Shown here in pieces: positions 34,301 through 49,300 of a stretch of 64,000 bases of DNA. Each line of letters begins with the position of its first letter. Position 1 is the stretch's first letter. Source of the DNA: an uncultured Mollicutes bacterium (GTDB lineage: Bacteria > Bacillota_I > Bacilli_A > Acholeplasmatales > Anaeroplasmataceae). The stretch is from positions 90,062 through 154,061 of the forward strand of contig UQGR01000001.1 of assembly GCA_900540705.1 (NCBI GenBank), written 5' to 3'. The notes below the pieces were generated by a model. The model had not been told where the DNA came from and ran no database searches. It saw only the letters and a list, made by a program, of their open reading frames with translations. The translations under genes and the position numbers were made by a program.

Positions 34301-37300
34301 GCGAATCGTCTCTAGGCAACTTGGGATGGTTATATTTTCTAATCCATCACAATTATCAAACTGATGTTCACCTAATAAATTGTTCTTAATTAAAATATTC
34401 TTTAATCCATCAGACCAAGCAAATGCCCAAGGAAGAATTTCCTTTTCCGTTGCTGAAATCTCAAGGTTAACGATAGAATCATTGTTCATAAAGGCCATAT
34501 AACCTATATGCTTTACATTAGAACCAATTAATACCTTATTCTGACCATCTGAGTTCATGCTTGAAAGACCATTTAAGGTCACTGTATGAACAATCTCATC
34601 AGAGCCTGCATCAGAGGAATTCTCTGTCCAAGTCCAGGTTCTTTCATTCATATCATAGAAGGCATAGTCATTGATATATTCAACCGTATCATTTGTAAAG
34701 TTGATTTCCTCTATCATATCAGCATTCATAAAGGCACCATAGCCGATACGAGTCTCTAATGTAATATTTACTTTTCTTAAACGAATAGGAAGATATACTG
34801 AAATGCACTCCTCATCAGATGGGATAGAGTAAGCTGTACTCATCTTGCCATAGCGTTCATCGATTTGTGAAGGCTCTGGCTCATTACCACTTGGCTTAAT
34901 CTTCTGCTGAGCCTTAAAGAAGTTCTTATAGGTATCATAATCAGAAGCTAATGCCCAGTAATATAAATCCGTATCTGGGGTGACAAAATCCGGGTTAGCT
35001 GGAGAGAAGGAACGATGGTATCTTTGAGTGTTTAGTTCATATAACTGCATAGAGGCTAAAGAATCCTCTTCTGCTGTAACACCAAGATAATAGGTTCCTG
35101 TAGGTAAGCTGAATCTAAAGGTTTGCTTATCGCTAGAAAGAACAATTTCTTCTACATTTGTAGTTCCAAGCTTCATGCCCTTTGGCTCAACAACTTCTCC
35201 TTCAGCGTTGTATACCACAAGCTTACCAGAGCCCGTTGCCGTCATAACAAACAACATATTAGAATCTAAAGCAACCTCAACCTTTAAGGTGTTTTCTGTG
35301 ATAGATGCTGGTGAACCAAATTCTACAACAGTTACTTCCTCTGTTCCCTCTGCCACAGAAGTTTTTCCAATGCCAGGTAACGCAGAGAAAATATTATGGA
35401 TTGTGGTTTCTGCTTCATATTCTGGTAATACCTTAGAGATATCTAAGCTGATTTCATCAGAATCAACATATTTAATCTTTGCAAAGTTTTCAATTAATGC
35501 TGACCCAAATAGATAACCAAAGGTTGCCTCACCCTGATAATCCACACCATAGTCAAAGTAATCATTTCCAATTCTTTCTCCAACAAATGGGATTGTCAAT
35601 TCTTCAAGGTTTTGCATACCATTAAAGATTGCATAGCTTATCTCCTGTAAAGAATCAGGAAGGGTAAAGCTTCGAATACCACGGCAATTCTTAAATGCAT
35701 ACGCACCAACCTTAATTAAGGAGCTATCACCATCAAAGATGATTTCCTCCATCTCGAAACAATTTTCAAAGGCATAGCTACCAATCTCTTCTACACTTGC
35801 AGGAATTAAAATGCCTGTTAATCCTGTACAGCCTGAGAACGCATAGGAATCAATTACCTTAAGAGTTTCCTTAGGAAGGTTAATCTCTTGAATGGAGACA
35901 CAGTTGTTGAATGCGCCATAACCAATGACATCCTCAATCGTCAAATTGACAACCGTTAATCCCTTAGGTAAATACTTAGTTATTGTATTGGAGTTTGCAG
36001 AAATCTTTTGTTCAGCACGGTAACTGTTTAAATAACGATTAGAACCAAAGATATAGCCAAATAAAGCCTCTTCTGTATTCGTATTACCAACCTTATTACC
36101 AGCAAATGGTAAGGTTAATTCCTTTAGCATTGATGTACCTGCAAAGGCTGAATTTCCAATGAAGGTAACTGTATCAGGAATCACTAAATTTTCTACACGC
36201 TGTAAATCCTTAAATGCGTTAGAAGCGATGTAGTCTGTTCCATCAGCAATCGTCAAACCATGGTTTCCATCAACCTCATTAACATTGATACATCCTTCAA
36301 ACGCAGAGTTTTCAATCGTTCTAACATTGCTTGGAATATTGATTTCTGTGAAGGATTCACAATGATAGAAGGAGGTTTGTTCAATGGTTGTAAATTGCTC
36401 ACTGATTGGTAACGTGACATTTTCTAGTTCCTTACAGTTATAGAAGGCTGAATATCCAATCTTTGTGATTTCTGGATTTAGGATTGCGGTTACTAAGGAG
36501 GATTCTGTCTCATTGAAATAGAACATTTCAATACCAACAATCTCATTCTTAATTTCAACCTGATGTAGGCCTTGTGTTTCTGCAAATACTCTTGTGCCTA
36601 CCATTCCAGAACCCTTAGCTATAGTTGTTGGAACGACAACCTCATATAAAGTATCATCGTGCTCAAACATACTATTTCCAAGAAGTACTAGACCTTCTTC
36701 TAGGTATAAGTGACCGCTATAGTTATTCTCATATGGATGACCACCTAATGCTGGATCTACTGTCTTATTTGGATTACCCAAATTATCACAGTCTGCAAAT
36801 ACATAGTCACCGATAATTTCCATATCCTTATTGACTTCAACATAAATCAGCTCATCATTATCATAGAACATATAATTACCGAACTTTGTGTTTCTAATAT
36901 CATCTAAGTCAATGTAAATTAAACCATTATAAGCAAATGCATAATCACCAATGATAGAAACATTTTCTGGGATAATGATATGAGGAAGTGTGGACTTTAA
37001 GGTAGGAGCACCAGCAAAGCTGTATTCTCCTAATTCATAAAGCGCCCCCTGAGAAGCTAAATCAATCCACTGAAGCTTTGTGTTCAATTCAAATGCATGA
37101 TTACCAATTCTTGTCAATATAGAAGTAACAGCATCATCCTTAGATAGAGTAGCTCTATCAGAGGTATCTCCTGGTAGATATACATTGACTAGGCTGCTAT
37201 TGTTATAGAAGGCATAATCTGCAATAAACTCTAAATCCTTGGATTCTGATAAATCTAACATCTCTAAAGAAGAAATATTGATACAAGCCTTTTCCTGAAT

Positions 37301-40300
37301 TCGATATGCATTATATACATATAAATTTTTCAAAGATTTAGGAATAGAGTAGCCACGAAGGTTTTCACCCTCTGGAGTGATTACTCCATATTCATCTACT
37401 TTTGCAATATGATGATTTGTTGCATCGTAGAAATAATTGAATTTGTTAAATTCATTATAGGCAGCCTCATCAAATACGAGCTCGCCCTTTGCATTATAGG
37501 TACTAAAATCCTTTACCGTCTTACTGATGAAACCAAAATAGTAGCCCAATTCCTCTATGGATGGATCTCTATAGGTATCACCAATAAATGGAACAGATAA
37601 GGTTTCTAAATGCTTAGCACCCTTCAAAATGAATTCACCAACAGTTGTAACCTTCTTAGGCATATACAATGACTTTATGGTAAACATATTCTTAAATGCA
37701 TAATTACCGATTCTCTCTAAACTAGAAGGTAAGATCATATAAGGTAATGTATAACAATTCTCAAAAGCATAATCATCAATTAAGACAATTGCATCTGGTA
37801 ATCTACCTGTAGATGCTTCTGCATCTGTAATACTGCTGTTGATATTTACATAGTCATTTGCAATGATTTGTCCTGGTAAATCGGTTGTAGCATTTTCAGC
37901 AGCCACAAACTCAGGATTTTCAATTCTATAACCATCTGGGTTATAGTGTGTCTTGAAGGATACAAGTCGAGAACAATTTCTAAATGCACGTTCATAAATA
38001 TAACGAACATTTCCTGTGATCTCTATTCTTTCAATATAGCTACAGTTTTCAAAAGCACCTGCAGGAATATTGTTCATAGTTACAGCGTTAATCTTAACGC
38101 TCTTTAAGCTCTTAGGTAAGTGATACTGAAGAGCAGTCTTCTCTGTATCATAGCGCTGTTCTGCAATGTAATCCTTACCTGTACCATAGTCTACTGTACC
38201 AAAGATTACACCAAATAAGGATTCTGGACCATCCGCACTAGCAGATACACCAACAAATGGAATCTCCAAATACTCTAAGGAAGAGCATAGATTGAAGGTT
38301 TCTGGTAGTAAGGAACGAACCGCTACAGGAATAATCATTTCCTTAAGACTAGCACAATTGTAGAAGGCATAGTTTAGAACTTCCTTGATAGAGCTTTGTG
38401 GAATTGTAATGTGCTCTAAGTCCACACAATTAGAGAATGCACCACGCGCAATTACAGTTTCTTTTTCAATAAATAACTCTTTTAAAGCTCTTGGAATCCA
38501 GTTTGTATCTATAGTTGTATCTAAGCTTGCATAGCTTTGAGCAGATGGGAAGAACCAATCATACTCACCATCTTCATCCTTATGAGCCAAGATTGCCTCT
38601 GTTTCCTTAATGGCAACGGTAGCCTCAGAATCAGTAGCAAGAATCTCATAGCTATAGTTAGGATCTAATAGAGAATCCTGTGTACCAAAAATCCAACCGA
38701 ATACGTCATCCTCATGGAAGAAATCACCTACACCAGATCCAACAAATGGAATAGTAGAGGTTAACAAGTACTGACAACCCTTAATTACGCCTTGACCTAA
38801 GAAGTCAATTGTAGTAGGGAAGATCAACTCACTAATGATGGTTTCCTGGAAGGCAAACGCGCCAATATACTTTAAGGTATTGTCCTCTGGATTAGGAGCG
38901 CATAAATTGATGTCAGAGATACCTGTACATTTTGCAAAGGCACCCTCATAAATGGTTTCATACTTAGCTAAATCTAAGGACTTAATCTTTCTATCCTGAT
39001 AGAACATATATTTAGGTATATATGGTGTATTTACTTCAAATAGCGAAATACCATATTCATTCTTAGTTACGCTATCATCTGCATTTACAACATTTTGATA
39101 GGAGTAACAATATTCAAATATACCAGTCGTATCGCCATCCTCCATATAAACGGTTTGATCACTAACATATATCAAATCATTCAATGTACCAGCAGGCTTA
39201 TTGTAATCTGCAAGCAGCTTATCATGTGAGAACATATAGCTACTTAAAATTAAGGAATCGTTAGTTACCTCAGTCAAGGAGGAATTGTAAGCAAACGCCC
39301 AAGAACCAATACTCTTTACAGAAGCAGGAATATATAGTGGATCTAAGGACTTCCAGTACTTAAAGGCAGCATCCCCAATCGTTTCAACTGACTGTAAATT
39401 TAAGCTTTCTAGCGTATTGATATTCTTCGTTACTCTAGGAGCATCTAAATCAAAGTCATATCCACCATAGTAGGTTGCATCCTCTGGACAGTTCAAGTTG
39501 AATGCATTGTTACCAATCACCCTGATACTTGCAGGCATAGTCGCTACATGCTGGGCAGCAGATGTACCATAAATAGAAATACTGTCAATGGAATAATCAT
39601 TATAGAAGGCATAATCTCTTATCTCTGTAATTTCAGTATTCAAGACTACCTCTTCTAGAGTTGTGATATTCATCATTGCACCAAAACTGATGATTTGTTC
39701 ATCATATACCACTAATTCTCTAATGTTCTTAGGAATCTGATAATCCTTACCAGCCTCATCAGAATGATTTTGACGAACTGTTTTTAAATCAGAGGATGGA
39801 TAGAAGCTATATTGTTCGCTTGCTTTAGAGGCAGACTGAACTGTGTAAATTATTGTACCATCTTCTTGTACCTCAGATGTAAAGCTGTACACTACACCGT
39901 TCACATCGGTTAGACGATTGACATAGTTCGTCATATAAGCATCAATATCCTCAGGAACACAATAGATGAAGCTTGTCTTTTCCTCATTTAAGAAATACTT
40001 ATAATATACCGTAGTACCAAATAACCAGCCAAGAACACCCTCTTCTTCTGTACTTAATCGAGAAGAGCCTAGGAATGGAACATTCAAGGAGGTAATATTT
40101 AAGCAACCAGCATAAGCACTTTCATCTACAAACTCAATCGTAATAGGAAGATCAATTACAGTTAAATTAGGATTCAAGGCAAAGGCATAGGAATCAATCG
40201 TTGTGATAGTTGACTTATAAAGGAAGTCATTTATGCCATCATCGGTTGTATCATTTAATTGTACCATGCTAGAACAGTTATAGAAGGCACCCTTAGAGAT

Positions 40301-43300
40301 TTCGCTCACATCACCAATTAAATTTACAGATATTAGGCTATAGTTTCTAGCAAACATGTATTCTCCTAGAACTGAACCATAGATTTCTGCACTTGTAATC
40401 TTAGTAGCATCAGCGAAGGCATAGGTACCAATAGTCTCTAGACCAGCAGGTGTAATGACATTGCCTGTAATGCTTACACAATACCGGAAGGCATCTGCTC
40501 CAAGGGCAGTTACATTGGTTGGAAGTTCAACTAGACTACCGCTAAAGTCTAAGCCATTTTCATAAATAATTACATTTTCTAAGGCTTGATCATTATAGAA
40601 GGCTCTATCCTGAATTTCAGTAACACCCTTATGCTCATCACTCTTAGTATCCGTATTGTTTAAAGCAACATTCTTTAAGCTTAGGATATTGAGGAATGCA
40701 CCATAGCTTACTAAGGTTTCATCAAAGATAACTACGGTTTCTAAATGCTCTGGCAGTTTATATAACGTCTTATTCGTAGAGGAATAGTAAGACATCACAT
40801 CCGCATAATCAGATGCCAAGTAATAGATGAATTCTTTAGAAGATTCTACATCTGTAAAATCTGCTGTAATATCAGTATTGGTTATCGTCTGATGGTCTTC
40901 TCCTCTTACAGACTTAGTTGCTACAAAGGTAACAGTAATGGTAATAGCACCCGTTGTGACATCTGTTCTTTCCACAATGGTTGCAACAACAGTAACCCAC
41001 TCCTCATAATTGTTTTCCTTATCATAAGTAGTAAGAGTTCTAGTTCTTGTTGCATTTCCTGTTACGTAGTTTGCAGGATTGCTGTAGGTGAAGGTCAACA
41101 AAGACTCACTAGTACCATATACATACTTTCTAGCATTCTCATCAACATATTGGTTGATGGTATCATAAATATCGTTGATCTTATTTGCATCCTTTTGGTT
41201 TACACCATAGAAGATAGTTTCTTCATCAGTCGTCAAACTATTGGTATAGAAGATTGTACCACCAAAAATCCAACCAAATAGACCTTCTTCTCCTGTACTA
41301 CCACGAGAAGAACCGATGAATGGAAGTGTTGCATCCTTCATATTAGAACAACCAGTGAATGCACCCTTACCAATCGTTTCTACTGTCACAGGTAAAACAA
41401 GGTTTGTAAAGCTTCTACTTAAGGCAAACGCATAAGATTCAATGTTTTGAACAGTAGATGGAATGATGATTTCATCTACACCGTCCTCATTGGTATCATT
41501 CATGCTAACCAAATGGAAGCAACGATAGAACGCACCAACTGGAATCGTCTCTACTTCTCCTAGATTGACAGTCGTTAAATCGTAGTCGCTATAGAACATG
41601 TACTCGCCAAGCTGATTACCTAAGATGTTTGCATCTAATAGCGTTTCACAGTTTGCGAAAGCATAGCCACCAACACTTGTTAAAGAGGTTGGCGTAACTA
41701 AATGTTTAATACCACGACAATATCTAAAGGACTCAAAGCCAATCGTTGTTACACTATTAGGTAAGGTAACACGAATATCATTTTCATCCACATTAGTATC
41801 TGGAGCATCTCCAGGGTTTCTCATGGTAGAAAGACTCGTACAATAGTAGAAACAGCCATCTGGAATTACTTCTGTCTCGTTAGAGATTTCAATCGTCTTA
41901 AAGGATGTATCGAAGGCAAACATATATTTACCTAAAATATTACCAAGTACCTCAGCATACTCAAGCTTAGTATTATATGCAAATACGTATTCACCCATAA
42001 TTTGTTCTGGGTCAACACCCTCTTGAGTACTGATGGCCGCTGGAAGCACGACATTGATTAAAGAGCTACAATAGTTGAATGCATAGGATTCTACTCTTGA
42101 AACGGTCTCTGGAATATAAAGATAATTATCCTGATCTACTCTCTTAACCTCTGTCTCACCCTCATATACGCTATAGCTCATCTTGACTAAACTTGAACAA
42201 TGGTCAAAGGCACCCTGATTGATATAAGCTAAGGCACCATTAGAATGAACCTCTACTAATCCAGTATCCTTGAAGAACATATAGTTACCAATGGCAGGAC
42301 CATTGATGATTACCTGTTCAATCTTAGGGTCGTTCGCAAATACATATACACCAACTCTACCAATACCATCCCCATGACGGTCCTCATATCCAGAACCAGC
42401 AGGGAATGCTGTACCTAAATACTTAGGAAGAACTAAAGGTCCGCCTGTACTACCTCTCAAATTAGGACAATCGGCAAACGCATAATCGCCAATCTCACGT
42501 AGCTGAGCAGGTAAATCAACAAGCTCTAAATCTAAACAGCCATAGAATGCTTTCTCATGAATGATATAAATGGAGGAAGCAAAATATGCATCAATCATTT
42601 CATCATTATCTAGGAAAGCATGAGCTCCAATCTCACGAATAGAGTCCGCACTATGATCAGGCTTAATATAGTTATGTAAATCTAAAATATTAAACTTACA
42701 ATTGTAGAACGCATACTCATCGATTACCTCTAGATCCGCACAGCCTTTTACAGAGAAGCCACGGTCATAATAATCAAAATCATCAAAATCTGCTGGATCA
42801 ATTTCAGCATCCACTAGGTCACCAGCCGTATGCTTAGTTGCTAGACCAACACAGTCATAGAACGCACCTACTGGGATAATGGTTGCCTCTAATGGAATTT
42901 GAACACCTAATAAGTTGATACAATCCTTAAACATATATACACCTAAGGATGCACAATTTAAAGAAACACTCTTTAATCCACTTTGATATGCAAATACACT
43001 TTGACCAAATGTATCTGTAAAATCACTTTCAATCACAACTCTAGAAACAGGAGTTGGATTTTCAATCGTTCTAACAAATGGATATGGTGTAAAGGAGAAG
43101 GCATAATCCTGTACTTCTCTTGTCGTAGATTTAATACGAATGATCGTCTTTTCCTTTGCAATTTCTTCTTCTGTTGCGTTAAAGTATTTCAGCTTATAGC
43201 AGTTATAGAACGCATAGGTGTTGATTGTATCAATTGCACTTGGATCCACCTGATCAAAGCGCTCTAATCTAGCACAGCTTCTAAAGATGTAATCATTTAA

Positions 43301-46300
43301 CACACTAGATGCATAGGTTACATTCTTCAGATACTCTGTATCCTCAAACGCAAACTGACCTACGGAAGTAACACTGCTTGGAACAGTTAAATCAGAAATA
43401 TAAGAGCCCTTTGTCAAGTATCTTCCTAAGGTAGTCACTGTGTCTGGAATGATTAGATGACTTTCTCCATTCAACTCCCCATCTGCATCTAAGCCTAAAC
43501 CAAAGGTTGCTCTATAGAATGCAAAATCCTGGATAGTAGTTAAAGACTCAGATGTGTCTAAGGTTATTGTAGGAATATTAGTATATGCAAAGGCACCTGT
43601 ATAAATTGTATCTGCATCCGTAACTGTTACAGAAATTAAACTCTTTGGAATCCAACGAGTTGCTGCCTTAGAAGGCTCCCAGTTTGGATTATTATAGTTC
43701 ATTTCTATTTCATCATAGATATCCTGAGCTACATCCTCGCTATTAAAATGTGTGTATAGCTTAGAATGAACCTTAGCGGTCATAGCGTTATTTGCTAACG
43801 CAATAGGCTGCGCAATTGGATACTCACCACCATGAGATAATACTTCATAATTGCTTGCAGTAGTATAGTAATTGTAAGTGCCAGCAGCATGCTCATGTAC
43901 ATAGAATAAATAAGATAAAATATTATTAGAAGCTGTAGATGCTGCTCTACTATTTCCAACAAATGGAATAGATAGAGTTTGTAGATTATCACAGCCACCA
44001 AATGCATTTACACCAATGGTATCTACAGTATTAGGAACAATGAAGTCAAGCATTGTAAAGCATTCATAGAACGCATCAGCAGCAATTGTCTTCACAGTAG
44101 AAGGAATTATAAACATATAAGAATCCTCTGCTGCGGAAGAAATTAGATTGTAACAAGAATGGAATGCACCCTGTCCAATAAATTCAACGCCCTCATTGAT
44201 TGTAATCTTCTTCACATTATATAAATATAGGAAGGCATAATTTGCAATCAAGGTTTCATTTGTGACATTGATTTCTCTTAAAGAGTATGGAATATAGCAG
44301 GAATGAACATGAGATGTACCAGCATTATAGTAAGTACGCTCATTAGAAGCAGTTCCATAGAAGTTGAATTGTAGAGTTGCATAAGCATAGGAAGTCGTTG
44401 GATATGCACCATTTGAATTAGCGTTGATACTATAAGGTAGAGAAATTCTTGCACTACCTACATTATCGCCTTGCTGATATCCTACATATGGAATCGTCAA
44501 TACCTCAAGACTAAAGCAGTTACCAAAGGTTCCTGCTCCCATTGTCGTTAAGGAATCCTTTTCAATATAGATATTCTTGATAGATTCACAGCCAAAGAAT
44601 GCATAGCTTCCAATAGTTTCAACCGTTGTAGGAACATAAATGGTTTCTAAATACTCATCCTGACCATAGTCATTGATAAGAGCCTTACAATTGTAGAATG
44701 CAAAGTCACCAATAGATGCAACACCTCTGGCCAAAATTGAAGCATTAGGCTTAGAGATATAGACATTTCTTAAGTTTGTACATTCTGCAAACATTTCATT
44801 TGCAATCATTGTTAAATGATGAATGATGATATCCTCACCCTGTGGATTGACTAGGCTTGTATTACCTCTAAACATACCTCTACCAGAAACCTCACCATAC
44901 ATCGTAATCTTCTGGTTATCTGTACAATTCTGGAATACGTAATCTCCTACAGTAGTTAAAGCTGCTGGAGTTGTAATTCCTGTAACATTGGTATCATTTT
45001 GGAAGGCATAGCTACCTACATTTGTCAAAGAAATAGGCAAGGCAATTGGTCCCTGAATTGCAGTATACACTGGATCACCAGTTTCTTCATCCGTAGAGAT
45101 TGTTACACCACCTAAATACTTACAGTTTCTGAAAGCATAGCTTCCAATGGAGGTTGTCTTAGAATTAGCTCCTAATGGAGTTTTAAATGGGTATGTCAAA
45201 ATCGTACAACCATCAAATGCATAATTACCAATTGCAGTAAGCAATGTATCAAATGAGGTCGTATTTGTATCTAATACACCATCAATAAAGGCACCTGGTT
45301 CAAATTCTACTAAAGAAGTATTTCGGTAGAAGGCATAATCGTCAATACGTGTAGCAGACTGAATCGTTGCCTGATTTAAACTAGAACAATTGTAGAAGGC
45401 ATAGTCCTCAATTAGAATTACATAAGGTAAGTAAATAGTCTCAAGGTTAATGTCATTCATACACATTCTTTCCATCATTAATGTACTTAAATTAGATAAG
45501 GAGGTTAGATGTGTAACATTTTCAAACATACCTTTATAAGTCGTTGAGGTTGCAGAATATGCATGTTCATATGGCATTGTTACAATGTCACTATACATAT
45601 AAGCTTCTGAAATATTAGGAGAATTATAGAAAGCTCCTTCTCCTATGCTCTGTAAATGAAGAGGTAAGTGTACAACGATATCATCTTCTCCTCCACCGAT
45701 TTGAGCAATCGTAGAGAATGCGAAATAACCAATGGTATGAATTGGAGAGGTTAAATATTCTTTTCCATCCAATGGATAAATAAATTTTTCACAGCCATAG
45801 AACGCATAGTTACCGATAGACTCAATTTGCTTTTCAAAGATATTTCTATTACCATCTATTGTAGGCTGGAACCGTACTAAAGAATCGTTATTATAGAAGG
45901 CATAATCTGGAATCTCTGTTATGAAATCCATTTGAACAAAGGATAGACTCGTACAGCCATAGAACATATATGTATTTATAGCGGAACTATTAGATACAAC
46001 TTTAGTCAATGTTGTATTGTTTTGGAATACATTGGTTCCTACTGTTTCTAAAGTTGAAGGCAGATAGATTTCCTTTAGACTACAGCCTTCAAAAGCATTA
46101 TTGCCGATAGAAACTATAGAATTTGGTCCCCACTCAATATCATCTGCATACTGTGGTGGAATTCCAAGTGGATTCGCGTCTGCAGGGTCTATACCAAATG
46201 GTAGTACTACAGTTTCAATCATAGACATGTAGCGGAATGCCTGATGCGCGATTGTTTTACAATCCGTTACAATTACCGTCTTTAAATTAACAGGAACATA

Positions 46301-49300
46301 AGCTCTAGAGTCAGCACTATACCAATATTGACTTAAGGTTACATTATTTAATGGACAGCTTACCCAGGTTCCACCCCAACGGTTACTTGCAGCGTCTGCA
46401 TTGTTGTTATCTGAAACGAAATACCAAGCAAGAGTTGCATTTAAGCCATTGCCACCTGTACCTGTTGTACTAGGAGTTCTACTTGCTCCAACAAATGGAA
46501 TGGTAAGCTTTCTTACTCCTGTATTTAGGAAAGCATCAATGCCAATGTAAGTTACACTATTTGGAATTACAAAATCCGTGATGCTTCTTAAATCGGTAAA
46601 GGACATATCAGAAAGAGTTTTTAAATTATTTGAGAATCTTGCCTGGCCAGCCTCAACTGGGTTGATTCGGTGATTTTCAGAATCCCATACACCAATTCTA
46701 CCTAGACCAAACGCTTGAGAGAATGGATGTCCCTCTACGTAAGCTAATTTGTCAGAATAATATAATTCTGTAATTGAACTTTGAACATTACGGAAGGCAC
46801 AATAAGTAATTCTTGTATCTAGGGTAACAACCAGCTTAAAGCTCTTTGGAATATAGCGAGCTGCCGTCCAGCTTCCAGAAGTCGTTGTCGCTGAACCATC
46901 AGCATTATAACTAGAATTTTCCCATGTATAGTTAGAGGTACAATGACTAGATATATAGCTATTATAGTAAGACGTATCACTACCTCTATATAATTCTTGA
47001 CCAGCAAAATGATATCCGATTGTCTGGTAATATCTAATCTTGTTATTATTACTAATAATACTATTTCCATCTCTTCCCAAATAAGGAACCTGGAAGTACT
47101 GAATATTTAGACACCAACGATAAGCTGCTTCACCTAAAACATTTATTGTATCAGGTACAATCACTCGCTCTAATCTCGTACAATATGCAAACATATTATT
47201 TGCCTGTGTACCTGTTGCATTTGGCATATAGCAGTATAGCAATCCAGTACAATCGTTGAAGGCATAATGTGCATCTGCAATATTGGTTACACCTAAATAG
47301 CCTCTTCTAATACCATTTGCATTAGAGAATGCATAGGTATAAATATGCTCAATATTTTCATCTACATATAAGCTGTAGAAGTTCATCATCACTTGAAGTA
47401 ATTCAGTCTCTTCAAGTGGAGTAGTTTGGTCTGGCATCGTATACGTATTATCCTTATATATATACATACCATTTGCTACTGTACTATTCTGTTCAGGAAG
47501 TGTACAACCAGTAACCGTGTCATCTGCGTCATAGGAAATATCGAAAATTTGATCTGCATCATAGAAGGATAAATCCTGAGCAATCACAATATTCGTTAGC
47601 ATTGTACAGTTAGAGAACGCACCATAGCCAATAACTGTTTCATCAGTAATAAATACCTGCTTTAATGTAGAAGGCATATAGACTGTTCTATAAGCATTGC
47701 TTCCATAAATCTGCTGTACGGAAACCGCATTTGTAAAGTTAGAATTAGTTTCACTAGTTAAACCGAAAATCCAACCAAATAAATCAGCTTGAGTGCCAGT
47801 TCCACCACGTTGCTTACCAATGAAAGGTAAAATCAAAATCTCTAAAGAAGCACACTGCTTGAATGCAGCTTCTTGAATTGTTTCTACTGTTTCAGGAATT
47901 GCTACATATCTTAAATTTGTACAGTTTTCAAAGGTTCCTGTCTCAATGATGGCAACACCCTCTGGAACAACAACAGATAGTAAGCTGATACAGTTACTGA
48001 ACATCTTAACACCAAGTGCGTCATTCTCTAGGTTCAATGTATGTAGGCTAGTACAATAAGCAAATACATGAGTACCTATCTGATTTTTATCCACAGAAGA
48101 TGGAACTGTAATTACTGGTAAGGACTCGCAATGGTAGAATGCATAGTTACCTAAGCCAGTTACACCCTGAGGAATTGCTAGGTTAACTACATTCTTACAA
48201 TAAGCAAAGGAATAATTACCAATCGTTTCAATCTGACTTGGAATTAAAGCTGTATCAAGATTTAGACAGTTATAGAATGCATAATCTCCAATGTTAGTCA
48301 GCTGAGAAACATTACTCAAAATGGCATCCTCATCTAACACATCTGGTAATTTAATGTATTCTAATCCACAATTATAGAATGCTCCATAGCTTACTAGGGT
48401 TTCATCTGTAATTGTAATTCTTCGTATCGTTTCAGGAATATAGTTATCCTTGTATAAATCCTTAGCATAGTACTGTCTAGTTGGAGTAATGCCTTCGATA
48501 GGCTCACTACCAAAAATCCAACCAAACAAGCCTTCTTCTTCAGTGCTTCCGCGTTCACTACCAATAAATGGCAGAGTCAACTCTTCAATTCTTATACAGT
48601 TTGCAAAGGCACCCTCGGAAATGTAGAGAACGTCCTTAGGAATAATGACTGTCTCTAATGAAGTACAGTTCATAAATGCATAAGGTCCAATTGAGGTTAC
48701 ACCAGAAGGTAAAATCAATTTTGTTAAGCCTGTACAGTCAATGAACATCTGCTCTCCAAGACCCTCATTTTCAAAGACAATATCCTTTAACTTATCACAA
48801 TGCGCAAATACATTTTTACCAATATTCTTCTGTTCAAGACTTGATGGAATTGTAATGCTTTCAATATCAGTATAAGCGAAGGCTGAATCTCCTAGTTTTG
48901 TCAAAGAATTTGTAAAGATAATCGTATGATATGTATCGGTATATGCACCATTCTTCATACCATTTAATGGACAGTTGTAGAAGGCAAACTGCTCTACCGT
49001 AGATACAGTTGTGGCAAATACATTCTTGGTTAAAGCGGCAACCGTACCACTAGTTACAAGGTTCTTTTTAAAGGTAACCTCGTATACACCCTCATTTGCT
49101 GTTGCAACTACATCCGTTTCATTTTCTGGATAATCATAGAATTGTAATTCAGATAGAGAAGTACAATTCTTAAACATGCTATCTCTAATGATTACAGTAC
49201 CATAATCAAAGGTTGCAAGCTGTAAAGATGTTGCAGATTCAAATACATTCGTTCCTAAATGATCCTCTGTATCAACTCCCGTCAAGGATGCAGGAATCGT